Shown: positions 10,733 through 19,758 of the stretch, one piece after another
Position numbering within the stretch: the stretch's first letter is position 1
How the letters are laid out: every line of letters starts with the position of its first letter
Assembly (NCBI GenBank): GCA_965237805.1
Contig: OZ250153.1
Coordinates: 640,001 to 704,000, forward strand
Origin: Gammaproteobacteria bacterium
GTDB taxonomy: Bacteria; Pseudomonadota; Gammaproteobacteria; JABABF01
DNA length: 64,000 nt
Direction of reading: 5' to 3'
Program-made: the position numbers and the translations under genes
Notes under the pieces: model-generated
What the model was told of the DNA's origin: nothing
Seen by the model: the letters and a program-made list of their open reading frames with translations, nothing else
The model's database searches: none

Positions 10733-11670
10733 CGCCCGCCCCCATCGAAAAACTCGCGGCAGTGCCCGATGTCGGCGTGGATCTGCTCGCTGAGCGCCGC
10801 CAGCGATTGGAAGCGGTGCTCAGCGCGCAACCGTCGGCGAAACACCACTTCGATTTCGCGACCGTAGAGCGAGCCCTCATAGTCCAGCACATGCACCTCA
10901 AGCACCGGCACTTCCCGGTCGCCCAGCGTCGGACGCAGGCCGACATTGGCGACGCCTGGACGCAAGACGGTACCGTCGATGCCGCCGACTTCGACCGCGT
11001 AGACGCCAGCCAACGCCGCGCGGCGGCGTTGCAGCGACAAGTTGGCGGTGGGCACACCGAGCTCGGCACCCAAACGATGGCCATAGATCACTCGCCCGCG
11101 CATTGAATAGGGGCGTCCCATCAGGCGCTCGGCCAGCGCGAAGTCCTGCGCCTCAAGTGCTTCGCGCAGCCGCGTGCTACTGATACGCAGCTCGTCTAGC
11201 GGCACGGTATCGGTGCTGGAGACAGTGAAATTGTGGCGGCGGGCATAGTGGCGCAACAGCTCGATATCGCCACCCTGATCGTGCCCAAAGCGCAGATCGT
11301 CACCCACAACCATATGGCGCACCCCGAGTTTGCCGACAAAGACCCGCTCGATGAAATCACCGGCTTCAATGCGGCTGACGGCGGCGTTGAAGCGCACACA
11401 CAGCAGGCGATCTAATCCCAGCCGCGCCAAGACATGGCATTTCTCACGCAAGGTGGTGATCCGTGGCGGCGCGGCGTACGGCTTGAAAAACTCGCGCGGC
11501 AAGGGCTCCAGCGTCACCAACACAGTCGGTAGCGAACGCTCAGTGCCGATTTGAAAAAGATGCGACAACACGGCTTGATGACCCAAGTGTACGCCGTCAA
11601 AAGCACCGATGGTTGCCACACAGCTGCGGTGGCGAGATTCGAGTTTGGCAAGGCCGCCGATGAATTCCAT
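10729..11670 (-). CDS. ribF: Bifunctional riboflavin kinase/FAD synthetase
   Basis: [32 protein letters not shown]. Confidence 0.97.
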   Translation of the reverse strand: MEFIGGLAKLESRHRSCVATIGAFDGVHLGHQAVLSHLFQIGTERSLPTVLVTLEPLPREFFKPYAAPPRITTLREKCHVLARLGLDRLLCVRFNAAVSRIEAGDFIERVFVGKLGVRHMVVGDDLRFGHDQGGDIELLRHYARRHNFTVSSTDTVPLDELRISSTRLREALEAQDFALAERLMGRPYSMRGRVIYGHRLGAELGVPTANLSLQRRRAALAGVYAVEVGGIDGTVLRPGVANVGLRPTLGDREVPVLEVHVLDYEGSLYGREIEVVFRRRLRAEHRFQSLAALSEQIHADIGHCREFFDGGGR

Positions 11671-11787
11671 TTGCACAGAGGCCGACTGGGATCGACCCGC
11701 AACAACACACCCCGACTGAAATTATAAGTGGCGCGGCCACCAACTGCCGTATCCAGACAGCCCGTGTACGGCGCTCGCACCGTTCGT

Positions 11788-13440
11788 TCAGCCCTTGACC
11801 GTGCCACCGTGCCAATCGCTAAGGCGCTCACCGCCAAGCCACAGCGCGGCGAGATAGCTGAGCAGACCCACCGAGCAGCTGAGCACTAACCACAGTCCCC
11901 GCCGCAGGCTGTCGAGCGCAGCCCAGTCAATGTCTGACACCATACTGATGGTGGCCAGCACCAACAGCATCGCCGCCGTCGCTGGCAACGCACGCAAAGC
12001 ACGACGGCCATAGCGAGCCAAGGGTAGTTCGCACAAATCGACACGGCGCAGTGCCCAGATGAGCCAAAGCGCATGTAGCCAAGCGATGACGCTGCCACCG
12101 ACCATAAATCCTAGATAGCCGATACCGCTGCGGCGCTCTAGCCACACCACCAGCGCCACCTTCAACAGCAGCGCCACCGGCAACAACAGCAAGCCGATGC
12201 GCAACGGCGTGCGCGTGTCGCCAGCACCGAGAAAGGCACCGTTGAGGATGGCCGCCAGCACCAGCGCTGGCACGCCAAACGATGCCGCCACCAAAGCCAG
12301 GCCAATGGCGGTGGCATCAGCTGGGCTGAAGCGCCCGTACTGGAACAGCGTGAAGGTGACCGGCTCGGCCAACCAACAAAGCGCGGCGGCGGCTGGCAGG
12401 CCGAGCAACCAAGCTGCCAGCAGGGTGCGTAGTAGCACATCGCCATAGCTGTAGCGATCACCGCGGGTGTGGTAGCGGGCCAATTCCGGCAACACCACCA
12501 CCGACAGGGCAACGCCGATCAGCCCCGGAGCCAGCACAGCTAGCCGGGTGGCGTAGCTGATCCACGACAGACCACCGGTCGGCAGAAAGGAGGCGATGAC
12601 ATTGTTCAGTGGGATCTGCATCTGCAACAACAGCACGGTCAACAGAGCCGGGGCGGCGATGCGCAATGTGCGGCTAGTCTCGCCGACGGGCGGGGCGGCG
12701 AGACGCGGCAACAAGGCACTGCGCTGGAGGAACAGCAGCTGCACCGCCAGCTGTAGCAGTCCGGCCAGTGGCACGGCCCAAGCCAATAGGGCGATATCCG
12801 GCACATCGCCACCAGTGGTGGCAGCCAGCAGTACTGCGATGAAGCCGATGTTGAACAGCAAGGCGGCACTGGCTGGCGGCAAAAAAGAGCGACAGGCGTT
12901 CTGCGCTGCTGCGGCCAAGCCGAGCATCAGCAGCGGCCACAGATAGAGCATCGTGCCCTGCAACAGCGGTGCGGCCATCGCCATACGCTCTGGGTCGTCG
13001 ACAAAGCCGGGTGCGAAGAGACGCACGAGGCCCGTGCCGAAAGCGGCACCCAGCAGGCTGAGCGGCAACAAGGCCAAACCCCACAGCGCCAAGCGACCGA
13101 ACAGGGCGCGCATCTGCACCGTGCCGAAAGCGGTGCGCAAGCGGGTGAAGGAGGCGACGAGGCTCTGCGCTAAATTGCCTTCGAGGAAGGTGCCACGCAG
13201 CATTTGTGCCAGCGAAAGACTGAGAAACAGGGCGTCGCTAAGGGCACTGACACCGAGCAGTACGGCAAGCAGCACATCGCGCAACAGACCAAGTACGCGC
13301 GAGAGCCCGTACAGCAGTCCGACCGAGACGCTGGCGCGGAAGAAAGTACCACCCGACGAGGGGACGTCATCCACCGCTGAGGCAGGAGTCGCAGGGATAG
13401 ACATCGCAGATGGCGGGGGCTTGCCGCTATCAATACCCAC
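11788..13440 (-). CDS. murJ: Lipid II flippase MurJ (MviN)
   Basis: SRVLGLLRD, EG, APGF, YATRL, LFQYGRF, DTRTP; about 14 TM segments; canonical position upstream of ribF. Start uncertain. Confidence 0.92.
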   Translation of the reverse strand: MGIDSGKPPPSAMSIPATPASAVDDVPSSGGTFFRASVSVGLLYGLSRVLGLLRDVLLAVLLGVSALSDALFLSLSLAQMLRGTFLEGNLAQSLVASFTRLRTAFGTVQMRALFGRLALWGLALLPLSLLGAAFGTGLVRLFAPGFVDDPERMAMAAPLLQGTMLYLWPLLMLGLAAAAQNACRSFLPPASAALLFNIGFIAVLLAATTGGDVPDIALLAWAVPLAGLLQLAVQLLFLQRSALLPRLAAPPVGETSRTLRIAAPALLTVLLLQMQIPLNNVIASFLPTGGLSWISYATRLAVLAPGLIGVALSVVVLPELARYHTRGDRYSYGDVLLRTLLAAWLLGLPAAAALCWLAEPVTFTLFQYGRFSPADATAIGLALVAASFGVPALVLAAILNGAFLGAGDTRTPLRIGLLLLPVALLLKVALVVWLERRSGIGYLGFMVGGSVIAWLHALWLIWALRRVDLCELPLARYGRRALRALPATAAMLLVLATISMVSDIDWAALDSLRRGLWLVLSCSVGLLSYLAALWLGGERLSDWHGGTVKG

Positions 13441-13463
13441 GCCCGCCGCTCGCCGCAGCCGCG

Positions 13464-14480
13464 CTAGGAGGAACGGCGCACAGTGCGCCAGCGCGGCGCA
13501 AAAGAGTACGCATCAAATTCGTCGACCACATCCAGCACCAGCGCGAACAGCGCCATGCGCACCAAGAGACCATTCTCGGCTTGACGGAAGATGGCCAAAT
13601 TGGGATGTTCATTGAGGTCTTGATCCACTTCGCCACGACCGCGGCGGGAATCCCTAGGCAGGGGGTGCATGATGACCGTATTTGGCTGGCAGTGCGCGGT
13701 GTAGGTCGGCTGGTCCAGATGGTAGAGGTCTTGGTACTGTGCGGCCTCGCGCGGATCGTCGAAGCGCTCCTCTTGGATACGCGTGGCATAGATGATGTCC
13801 ACATCGCGGATGTGCGCTGGCATATCGGTCGACACCACAACTTCTAGGCCAGCACCGCGTAGCTGCTCGACCAGCTCCGGCGGGGCGGCCAAGCTGCGCG
13901 GCGAGACCAGCCGCACCGAGCTGCCAGCAAAGCAAGCCAACAGCTTGCATAGCGAGTGCACCGCACGGCCATAGCGCAGGTCGCCGACCAAGGTAATGCG
14001 CAGCTGATCCATGTTGCGCGACAGGCGGCGCTGCTCGCGGCTGATGGTGTAGAGATCGAGCAAGGCTTGGCTCGGATGCTCGTTGCTCCCGTCTCCGGCG
14101 TTGATGACCGGCACGCGGCTGGCCGAGGAGAACTCGACGGCCGAGCCGACTTCCGGATGGCGCAGCACGATGACATCACTGTAGCCACTCATGACCCGCG
14201 CCGTATCGTAGAGCGACTCGCCCTTGGCGACCGAAGTGTGCTCAAAACCCGTGGTCTCGCGCACAGCGCCACCGAGCAGGTTGAAAGCACAACCGAAACT
14301 GACACGGGTGCGTGTACTGGGCTCAAAGAACATATTGCCGAGAATCGCCCCGCGCAACACATCGGTGCAACGCTCGCGACGAGCATAGGGGGCAAGGCGG
14401 TCGGCGACAGCGAACAAGCGCTCCACATCTGTGCGCTCGAACTGGTCGATGGAGAGGAAGTGGGTGCCAGCGAAGTCCAT
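13464..14480 (-). CDS. pyrB: Aspartate carbamoyltransferase catalytic subunit
   Basis: FFEPSTRT, KGESL.D, NAGDG..HPSQ, GDL, RIQEER, MHPLP. Confidence 0.96.
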   Translation of the reverse strand: MDFAGTHFLSIDQFERTDVERLFAVADRLAPYARRERCTDVLRGAILGNMFFEPSTRTRVSFGCAFNLLGGAVRETTGFEHTSVAKGESLYDTARVMSGYSDVIVLRHPEVGSAVEFSSASRVPVINAGDGSNEHPSQALLDLYTISREQRRLSRNMDQLRITLVGDLRYGRAVHSLCKLLACFAGSSVRLVSPRSLAAPPELVEQLRGAGLEVVVSTDMPAHIRDVDIIYATRIQEERFDDPREAAQYQDLYHLDQPTYTAHCQPNTVIMHPLPRDSRRGRGEVDQDLNEHPNLAIFRQAENGLLVRMALFALVLDVVDEFDAYSFAPRWRTVRRSS

Positions 14481-14596
14481 ATCAGGAGCTTATTGTAGGG
14501 AGTGGGGCGGAGTTGATGGCGCAGACAAGCTGCCACAGGCAAGTGCCGCAGCTCCGATCCAGCCCCTAAGGCGCAAGACAGCAGGGAAGTGGCATG

Positions 14597-14761
14597 CTAC
14601 TCAGTTCCGACTTGGACAATGATCGGATGTTCCAAGCGCTCAGCGCTGGAGAGACCAGACAGGTGTTTTCCCAAGTAACCAGCAATGAGATAGGTGGCGA
14701 AAATCGCCGCAATGAGCACATATAAGTAGTACAGGAATTTAGCCAAGTTGCACCAGCTCAT
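14597..14761 (-). CDS. Putative small single-TM protein (54 aa)
   Basis: Hand translation: MSWCNLAKFLYYLYVLIAAIFATYLIAGYLGKHLSGLSSAERLEHPIIVQVGTE*. Below the ORF-track cutoff, with one clean hydrophobic helix. Confidence 0.4.
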   Translation of the reverse strand: MSWCNLAKFLYYLYVLIAAIFATYLIAGYLGKHLSGLSSAERLEHPIIVQVGTE

Positions 14762-14997
14762 CGCAACGCCCTAGGGTCACGAGAACATCTACCAAGCAGT
14801 TGTCAATCGGTTCATTGTACAAGTGGTCGGCACGACAACCTAGACGCTGACAGCTGCCAGTGTCATGATGGCTCCGTCGGCTTGACTGGCTGGTGGCGAA
14901 AAGGTATAACGAGCTCCATCAAATTGCTGTGACAGGGGCAACATGCAACCGTCATGCAACCAGAGTGCGATGCAACAGTCGATCAGGAGGACACACC

Positions 14998-15210
14998 ATG
15001 GCTTACCGAGAGTACAAAGTTTTGCATGTCATTGAAGGTGGACTCGGCACCGTCTTCTTAGGCGCTTCTGGCGTGCCGATCAAAAAAATGGAGGCATCCC
15101 TCAACAAGGAGGCTGCAGACGGCTGGACCGTGGTGTTTCAAGTGATTGAGCAAAAACGTTTCCTGTTGTTCTGGACGCGTGAAGCCGTGATCATCACCTT
15201 GGGGCGCTAG
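14998..15210 (+). CDS. DUF4177-family small protein
   Basis: AGGAGG RBS; YKV...LNKEAADGW.VV pattern. Confidence 0.82.
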   Translation: MAYREYKVLHVIEGGLGTVFLGASGVPIKKMEASLNKEAADGWTVVFQVIEQKRFLLFWTREAVIITLGR

Positions 15211-15269
15211 CCGGGCTAGGGTGGGGAGTCCCAATCGGCAACTACGCACTATGAGGATCTGAAGACGGC

Positions 15270-15701
15270 ATGTCCCAAGCAACAGCACAGGCTGAAGAAA
15301 GGCGTATTCGCGAGCTGATCAACTGCTTGCCAGACGAACAGCGGCTTGCGATCTACACGGAAATAGAAAAACAGATCAAAGATCCAGACACCTACGCCGC
15401 CCTCAACTTTCTATTCATCGCCGGCCTACATCATTTCTATCTGGGCAAGTGGCGGCGCGGACTCATCAACCTAGCTATCTTTTGGGTGGGCTTGGCGATA
15501 TTGATCATCGATGTATTCGGAATCTATGTGCCGATGATGGATTGGAGTCGCCTACTCCTCTCGTTGAGTAGTTGGCAGCTCGGCTTGGGACTACTGGTTG
15601 GGATTAGTATCCTCGAACTGTACGAACTGTTCAGGTCGCAGGGCATCGTCCAAGATTACAACAATCAAGTGATGGCCGCCATTTACCAAGAGACAGTTTA
15701 G
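15270..15701 (+). CDS. TM2 (NINE)-domain membrane protein
   Basis: KDPDTYAALNFLFIAGLHHFYLGKW..G, YN at the C-terminus. Confidence 0.85.
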   Translation: MSQATAQAEERRIRELINCLPDEQRLAIYTEIEKQIKDPDTYAALNFLFIAGLHHFYLGKWRRGLINLAIFWVGLAILIIDVFGIYVPMMDWSRLLLSLSSWQLGLGLLVGISILELYELFRSQGIVQDYNNQVMAAIYQETV

Positions 15702-15709
15702 CGGCAACG

Positions 15710-16273
15710 CTACAACGTGGATACTCCCCCACACAAAGCAACCCCGACCCGCTGATACTCCGCCAAGCTGCTGGCAATTTGTTCCGAGGAGATCGCTCGA
15801 ATCAGCTCTGGAATCGCCACCGTCGGTACGCCGTTTTTCACGCTGTCGAAACAGGTGGCTTTGACGCAATATTCCAAGGCGATGCCCGCCACATAGATCG
15901 TGCCACCGCAACGCTGTGCCAATTCCACCATCACGGGATTTTCATACGGCGAATAGCCATCCGTATCGTCAATTCCTTTATGGATGACGATGGCATCAGC
16001 CGTGACATAGAGGTCTTTATGCAACTCAGCCCCCATCGTGTTTTGCACGCAGTGAGCAGGCCAGATCCCACCATATGCCTTAAACGATGGGTGCTCAGCC
16101 CGATGCCAATCTTTGGTATACACAATGACCCAGCCACGGCGCTGCACCATATCGATGGTGGTATTGAGTGCCGGAATCAAAGTTTCGGTGTCGTCAACTG
16201 CCAGTGCGCCACCAGTGCAGAAATCATGCTGCACATCCACCACGACAAATAGATTGCGGGGATCAGCTGTCAT
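15710..16273 (-). CDS. pncA: Nicotinamidase/pyrazinamidase (isochorismatase fold)
   Basis: VVDVQHDF..GGALAV, DWH..H.SF, WPAHCVQ.T.GA, KG, GIALEYCV: catalytic D/K/C and the metal ligands are present. Confidence 0.88.
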   Translation of the reverse strand: MTADPRNLFVVVDVQHDFCTGGALAVDDTETLIPALNTTIDMVQRRGWVIVYTKDWHRAEHPSFKAYGGIWPAHCVQNTMGAELHKDLYVTADAIVIHKGIDDTDGYSPYENPVMVELAQRCGGTIYVAGIALEYCVKATCFDSVKNGVPTVAIPELIRAISSEQIASSLAEYQRVGVALCGGVSTL

Positions 16274-17702
16274 CGGCCTTCGTCCCCAAATAGATTGCTG
16301 TGGCAATCGATGACACGATGATGAGCAAGATCAGATCGAGGTTGATCCCCAGCACACTAGCTGGCAGAGCCTCAAGTAGTATCAGTATAAAAGCCAACAA
16401 GGCAGAGGAGACTACGAAGGGTAGTAGGGCACCCAAGTGACGACCGGAACCCCCTAACCGCTTCACCGACACTCCCTTATGCGCCAAGGCGATGGGCAGC
16501 ACGATCATCGGTGTCAACAAGGCCGTCCCAACGAAGCTCAGGCGAGCCAATAGCACCAATTCTGTTGTGGTGACGGTTGAAAGCGCAAATACGCACAGAG
16601 CGAAAAAGATCGTCGTCAATCCAACTGCCGACGGATGTTTTTTCTCTGTCCGAACACTGCCAAACTCAGTGCCCAATGCAAAGATCTGTGAATCTGCCGT
16701 GGACATGGCCGCCGCGATCACTCCCAAAGTCGTCAATCCAGCCACGATAGGCGTGTGGTTCTCTACGATTACCGCGTTCCAAAAGTCCACGGAGGACGCA
16801 TCCGACAAGAAAACCGATCCATAGTTTCCAATAATCATCGTGGGGAAAATAGCCGCAAACACGAAAGATCCCATCGCGATAGCCAGCCACCGCAGGGCGC
16901 GATCATCTTTGAGGATCGCGATCCTCACCGTCAGTTGTGGCTGAGAAATCGGCATGCAGATAATCGCCAAAAATGCTGACAACAAAAATTGTACTGTCAG
17001 CACTCCTTCAGGACCAGGCGCACAGAGCAATGTTGGATCTGCTGCGTACACTTGTTCAAAGACAACCGCCAAATCACTCCCCAGAAAACGATAGCTCGTA
17101 AGAGCCACTATCCATAGCGCAAGGAGTAGCAGTACCCCCTGCACGGCATCGCTATAGATGATCGCTTTCAAACCGCCAACGACTGAATACAGCAATAGGA
17201 TGGATAATATCGACACACTCCACATGGTGGAGGACATGCTCAGTGGGGCAACCTCTGACATGAATAACGAAAGGGCACGGATTTGAATGGTGGCATAAGG
17301 CACGAGAAAAATGAAGATCCCGATCAGATACACCCACATACCAAAGGAAGAACCGTAGGCTGATTTCAATAATAGCGCGACACTGCGAAAACCACCTTGT
17401 CGTATATATTTGCGAAAATAGAGGCCAAACCAGAGTGTCACAAAAGCCAAGGCTATATCAGTCAAACCAAAAAATATCCATGCTGCAACACCATGAACTC
17501 TGAAGAAATCAGGCATCCCCATAAATGTAAAAGTGCTCAACAAAGTGGCACCAAATGTCAGCGTCCCAAGGAAGGGCCCCAGTTGCGAACCAGCTGTTAG
17601 ATAGTCATTCGGTGCTTCAAGATTTGACCGATAAGCACGAAGAGCAATGTACCCCAGCACCCCTAAATAGACCGAACTAGGGACTAACACCCATAAAATC
17701 AT
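16263..17702 (-). CDS. Sodium:solute symporter (SSS) family transporter
   Basis: About 13 TM segments; ATLLSTFTFMG.P, GGLKAIIYSDAVQG, AAAMSTADSQ; low GC. Confidence 0.92.
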   Translation of the reverse strand: MILWVLVPSSVYLGVLGYIALRAYRSNLEAPNDYLTAGSQLGPFLGTLTFGATLLSTFTFMGMPDFFRVHGVAAWIFFGLTDIALAFVTLWFGLYFRKYIRQGGFRSVALLLKSAYGSSFGMWVYLIGIFIFLVPYATIQIRALSLFMSEVAPLSMSSTMWSVSILSILLLYSVVGGLKAIIYSDAVQGVLLLLALWIVALTSYRFLGSDLAVVFEQVYAADPTLLCAPGPEGVLTVQFLLSAFLAIICMPISQPQLTVRIAILKDDRALRWLAIAMGSFVFAAIFPTMIIGNYGSVFLSDASSVDFWNAVIVENHTPIVAGLTTLGVIAAAMSTADSQIFALGTEFGSVRTEKKHPSAVGLTTIFFALCVFALSTVTTTELVLLARLSFVGTALLTPMIVLPIALAHKGVSVKRLGGSGRHLGALLPFVVSSALLAFILILLEALPASVLGINLDLILLIIVSSIATAIYLGTKADDS

Positions 17703-17707
17703 GGCCG

Positions 17708-17932
17708 TTACTCGCTGTCGTTTTCAGCGCACTCGCCATCAGCGAAATGGCGTGCCGATGACACCGCGCCCAAGGCAATTAAAATCAGCAGTAGCAGCGA
17801 GATGGCAAGACCTACCCACAAGGTGTAGGGAAGCCCCCTCCAATAGGGCTCGCTCTCAGCAAAGGGGAGTACCAGCGGTGTGAATACTAGACCACAGATG
17901 AGCACAAACAGGAAACGAACTAGAGTCCACAT
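17708..17932 (-). CDS. Small 2-TM SSS partner protein (DUF3311/YhdT-like)
   Basis: MWTLVRFLFVLICGLVFTPLVLP..EPYWRGLPYTLW..; immediately upstream of the SSS gene. Start 17932 or 17986. Confidence 0.7.
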   Translation of the reverse strand: MWTLVRFLFVLICGLVFTPLVLPFAESEPYWRGLPYTLWVGLAISLLLLILIALGAVSSARHFADGECAENDSE

Positions 17933-18055
17933 GCTGAAATATCGTAACCGGCTTAAACAGCTACTAGAAGCACTAGGAGAGTACAATCAATTTCCATCTG
18001 TATGGACTCTGATGTCGTTGAATGCCGAATATATTGAACATTCCATGGCCTTGTA

Positions 18056-18085
18056 ATCTTAACAAAGATGCTTTCTATATGTCAA
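18056..18085 (-). promoter_or_regulatory. sigma70 promoter for the SSS-pncA operon
   Basis: TTGACA (18085-18080), N18 spacer, TAAGAT (18061-18056) with a TGn extension. Confidence 0.6.
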
Positions 18086-18162
18086 GCGATCGCGTCACCG
18101 TGTGCTGAGATTAAGGGTGATGCTAGGCGCGAGCTTGATCCGACACCAGAATCGTAGGGACA

Positions 18163-19713
18163 TCAGCTGTCCCCTGTCAACAATTCATCCGCATGCGACT
18201 CCAACTGCCCCAACAGCTCGCGGGCCACATCGTCCAACCCGGCAGTCTCCCGCAATACCCCCACACGAGCCAAATAGTCCTCCATCACCAACCGTGCCCC
18301 CGCATCAGAATCGGTCAGCCGCTGATAGCAATGATCTTGCCACCGCTGCCGCTCCGATGCATCCAAGCTCTGCGGATAATTGCGTGCCCGGTAGCGAAAC
18401 AACAGCTCGCGCAGACGGCCATCGACAAAGTGCGGTGGGGATGCCACCAAAGCGGCACCGTCCATCTGCGGGACCCCAATCGCCTGATCGCGGTCGCTGT
18501 CGTGCCAAAAACCGTCGTACAGGCAAAACTCTGGATCCACCGCAGACTTGACTGCGGTGCGCGCCGCTCGCCGCGGCAGGCGCTCACCCCAGTCATCGCA
18601 GGCGAGCAGCCGCTCAGCCTTGGCAACACTGCCCGCCAAATCAATCCCCCAGCGCTCGGCCACATCCGCCCTCAGCAGTGACAGCGGCGCGGTCAGCGGG
18701 GCGCGATTGAAACGTAGCAGATGCAACCCCGGCACCCCGCCAGCTCCCGCCACGCCGTGGACACCCGCGGCGACCACATCGGCGATGCCCTTGGCCAACT
18801 CGCGCCCAAGACCCAATGCCATCGCATCCGCGGCATCTCTCACCCCGCTCCAGCCAGCTGATGAGTGCCCTGTGTCCGCCCCACCATCCTGCTCCAGCAA
18901 TGGGGCGGGGTCTTGGGACAGGTCGAAGACCCACACTGCCCGCTCACCACCCACAGCCGCAGCCAGCGGCAGGATCAACCCGAGGCAGCAGTGCCGATTG
19001 CCGTAGCGTGGATCGACATGCAACAGCACTTTCCGCCGTGCCGGCTCCAAATCTGCAGCCACCACTTGGCGCTGCCGCCGTGCCAGTGCGTAATCAAATA
19101 ACTTCGGCTGACGCTGACGGAGCAGACGTGCCAAGGCGATCATTGAGCGCACATCGGACAGCGCCTCGTGCGCATCGTGCGCAATGCCGTTGGCCGATGT
19201 CAGGCGATCCTGTTGAAACACCGGACTACCGTCCTCGCCGTCGGGCCACTCGATGCCCTCCGGGCGCAATGCCCGTGCCAAACGCAGTGCGCCCAGCGGA
19301 TCCCAGCGGCTGTTATCGTCGCGCCACTCCCAAGCGTAAGGGTCGTGGAAATTTCGGTAAAAGAGGTGACGCGTGACTTCAAAATCAAAGCCGAAGCCAT
19401 TGTAGGCAGCCGCGCAGCTACCCGGCACCGCCAGCTCGCCCGCAATGCAAGCGGCGAATTCGCGTTCCGGCACACCGTCGCGCCGCATACGTTGCGGACT
19501 GATGCCAGTGATGAGGCAGGACTCCGGCCACGGCAGCACATCAGATGCCGGATGGCAGTAGAGCACCAGCGGCTCAGCTAACTCGCACAATTCGGCATCG
19601 GTGCGCACACCGGCGAACTGCGATGGACGGTCGCGCCTAGGGTCGAGGCCGGTGGTTTCGTAATCGTGCCAGTAAATGCTGGTGGGTGGCGTGGAGATGG
19701 CCGGATCCCCCAA
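18163..19713 (-). CDS. sbcB: Exodeoxyribonuclease I
   Basis: WHDYETTG..P.RDRP.QFAG.RTD, ITGISPQ, FYRNF.DPY, HDAHEALSDV, LYDGF, LLFRYRARN. Confidence 0.95.
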   Translation of the reverse strand: MGDPAISTPPTSIYWHDYETTGLDPRRDRPSQFAGVRTDAELCELAEPLVLYCHPASDVLPWPESCLITGISPQRMRRDGVPEREFAACIAGELAVPGSCAAAYNGFGFDFEVTRHLFYRNFHDPYAWEWRDDNSRWDPLGALRLARALRPEGIEWPDGEDGSPVFQQDRLTSANGIAHDAHEALSDVRSMIALARLLRQRQPKLFDYALARRQRQVVAADLEPARRKVLLHVDPRYGNRHCCLGLILPLAAAVGGERAVWVFDLSQDPAPLLEQDGGADTGHSSAGWSGVRDAADAMALGLGRELAKGIADVVAAGVHGVAGAGGVPGLHLLRFNRAPLTAPLSLLRADVAERWGIDLAGSVAKAERLLACDDWGERLPRRAARTAVKSAVDPEFCLYDGFWHDSDRDQAIGVPQMDGAALVASPPHFVDGRLRELLFRYRARNYPQSLDASERQRWQDHCYQRLTDSDAGARLVMEDYLARVGVLRETAGLDDVARELLGQLESHADELLTGDS

Positions 19714-19758
19714 CTGGCTACGCGCTTGCCAACGGTGCGCTGGGGCGGCTAGCTTCGC

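Noticed and set aside
14921-18186. TGACAGGGG inverted match at both ends of the low-GC block as possible terminal repeats
   Set aside because: The right-hand copy is simply the last codons of sbcB; the match is 9 bp, with no transposase or target duplication.
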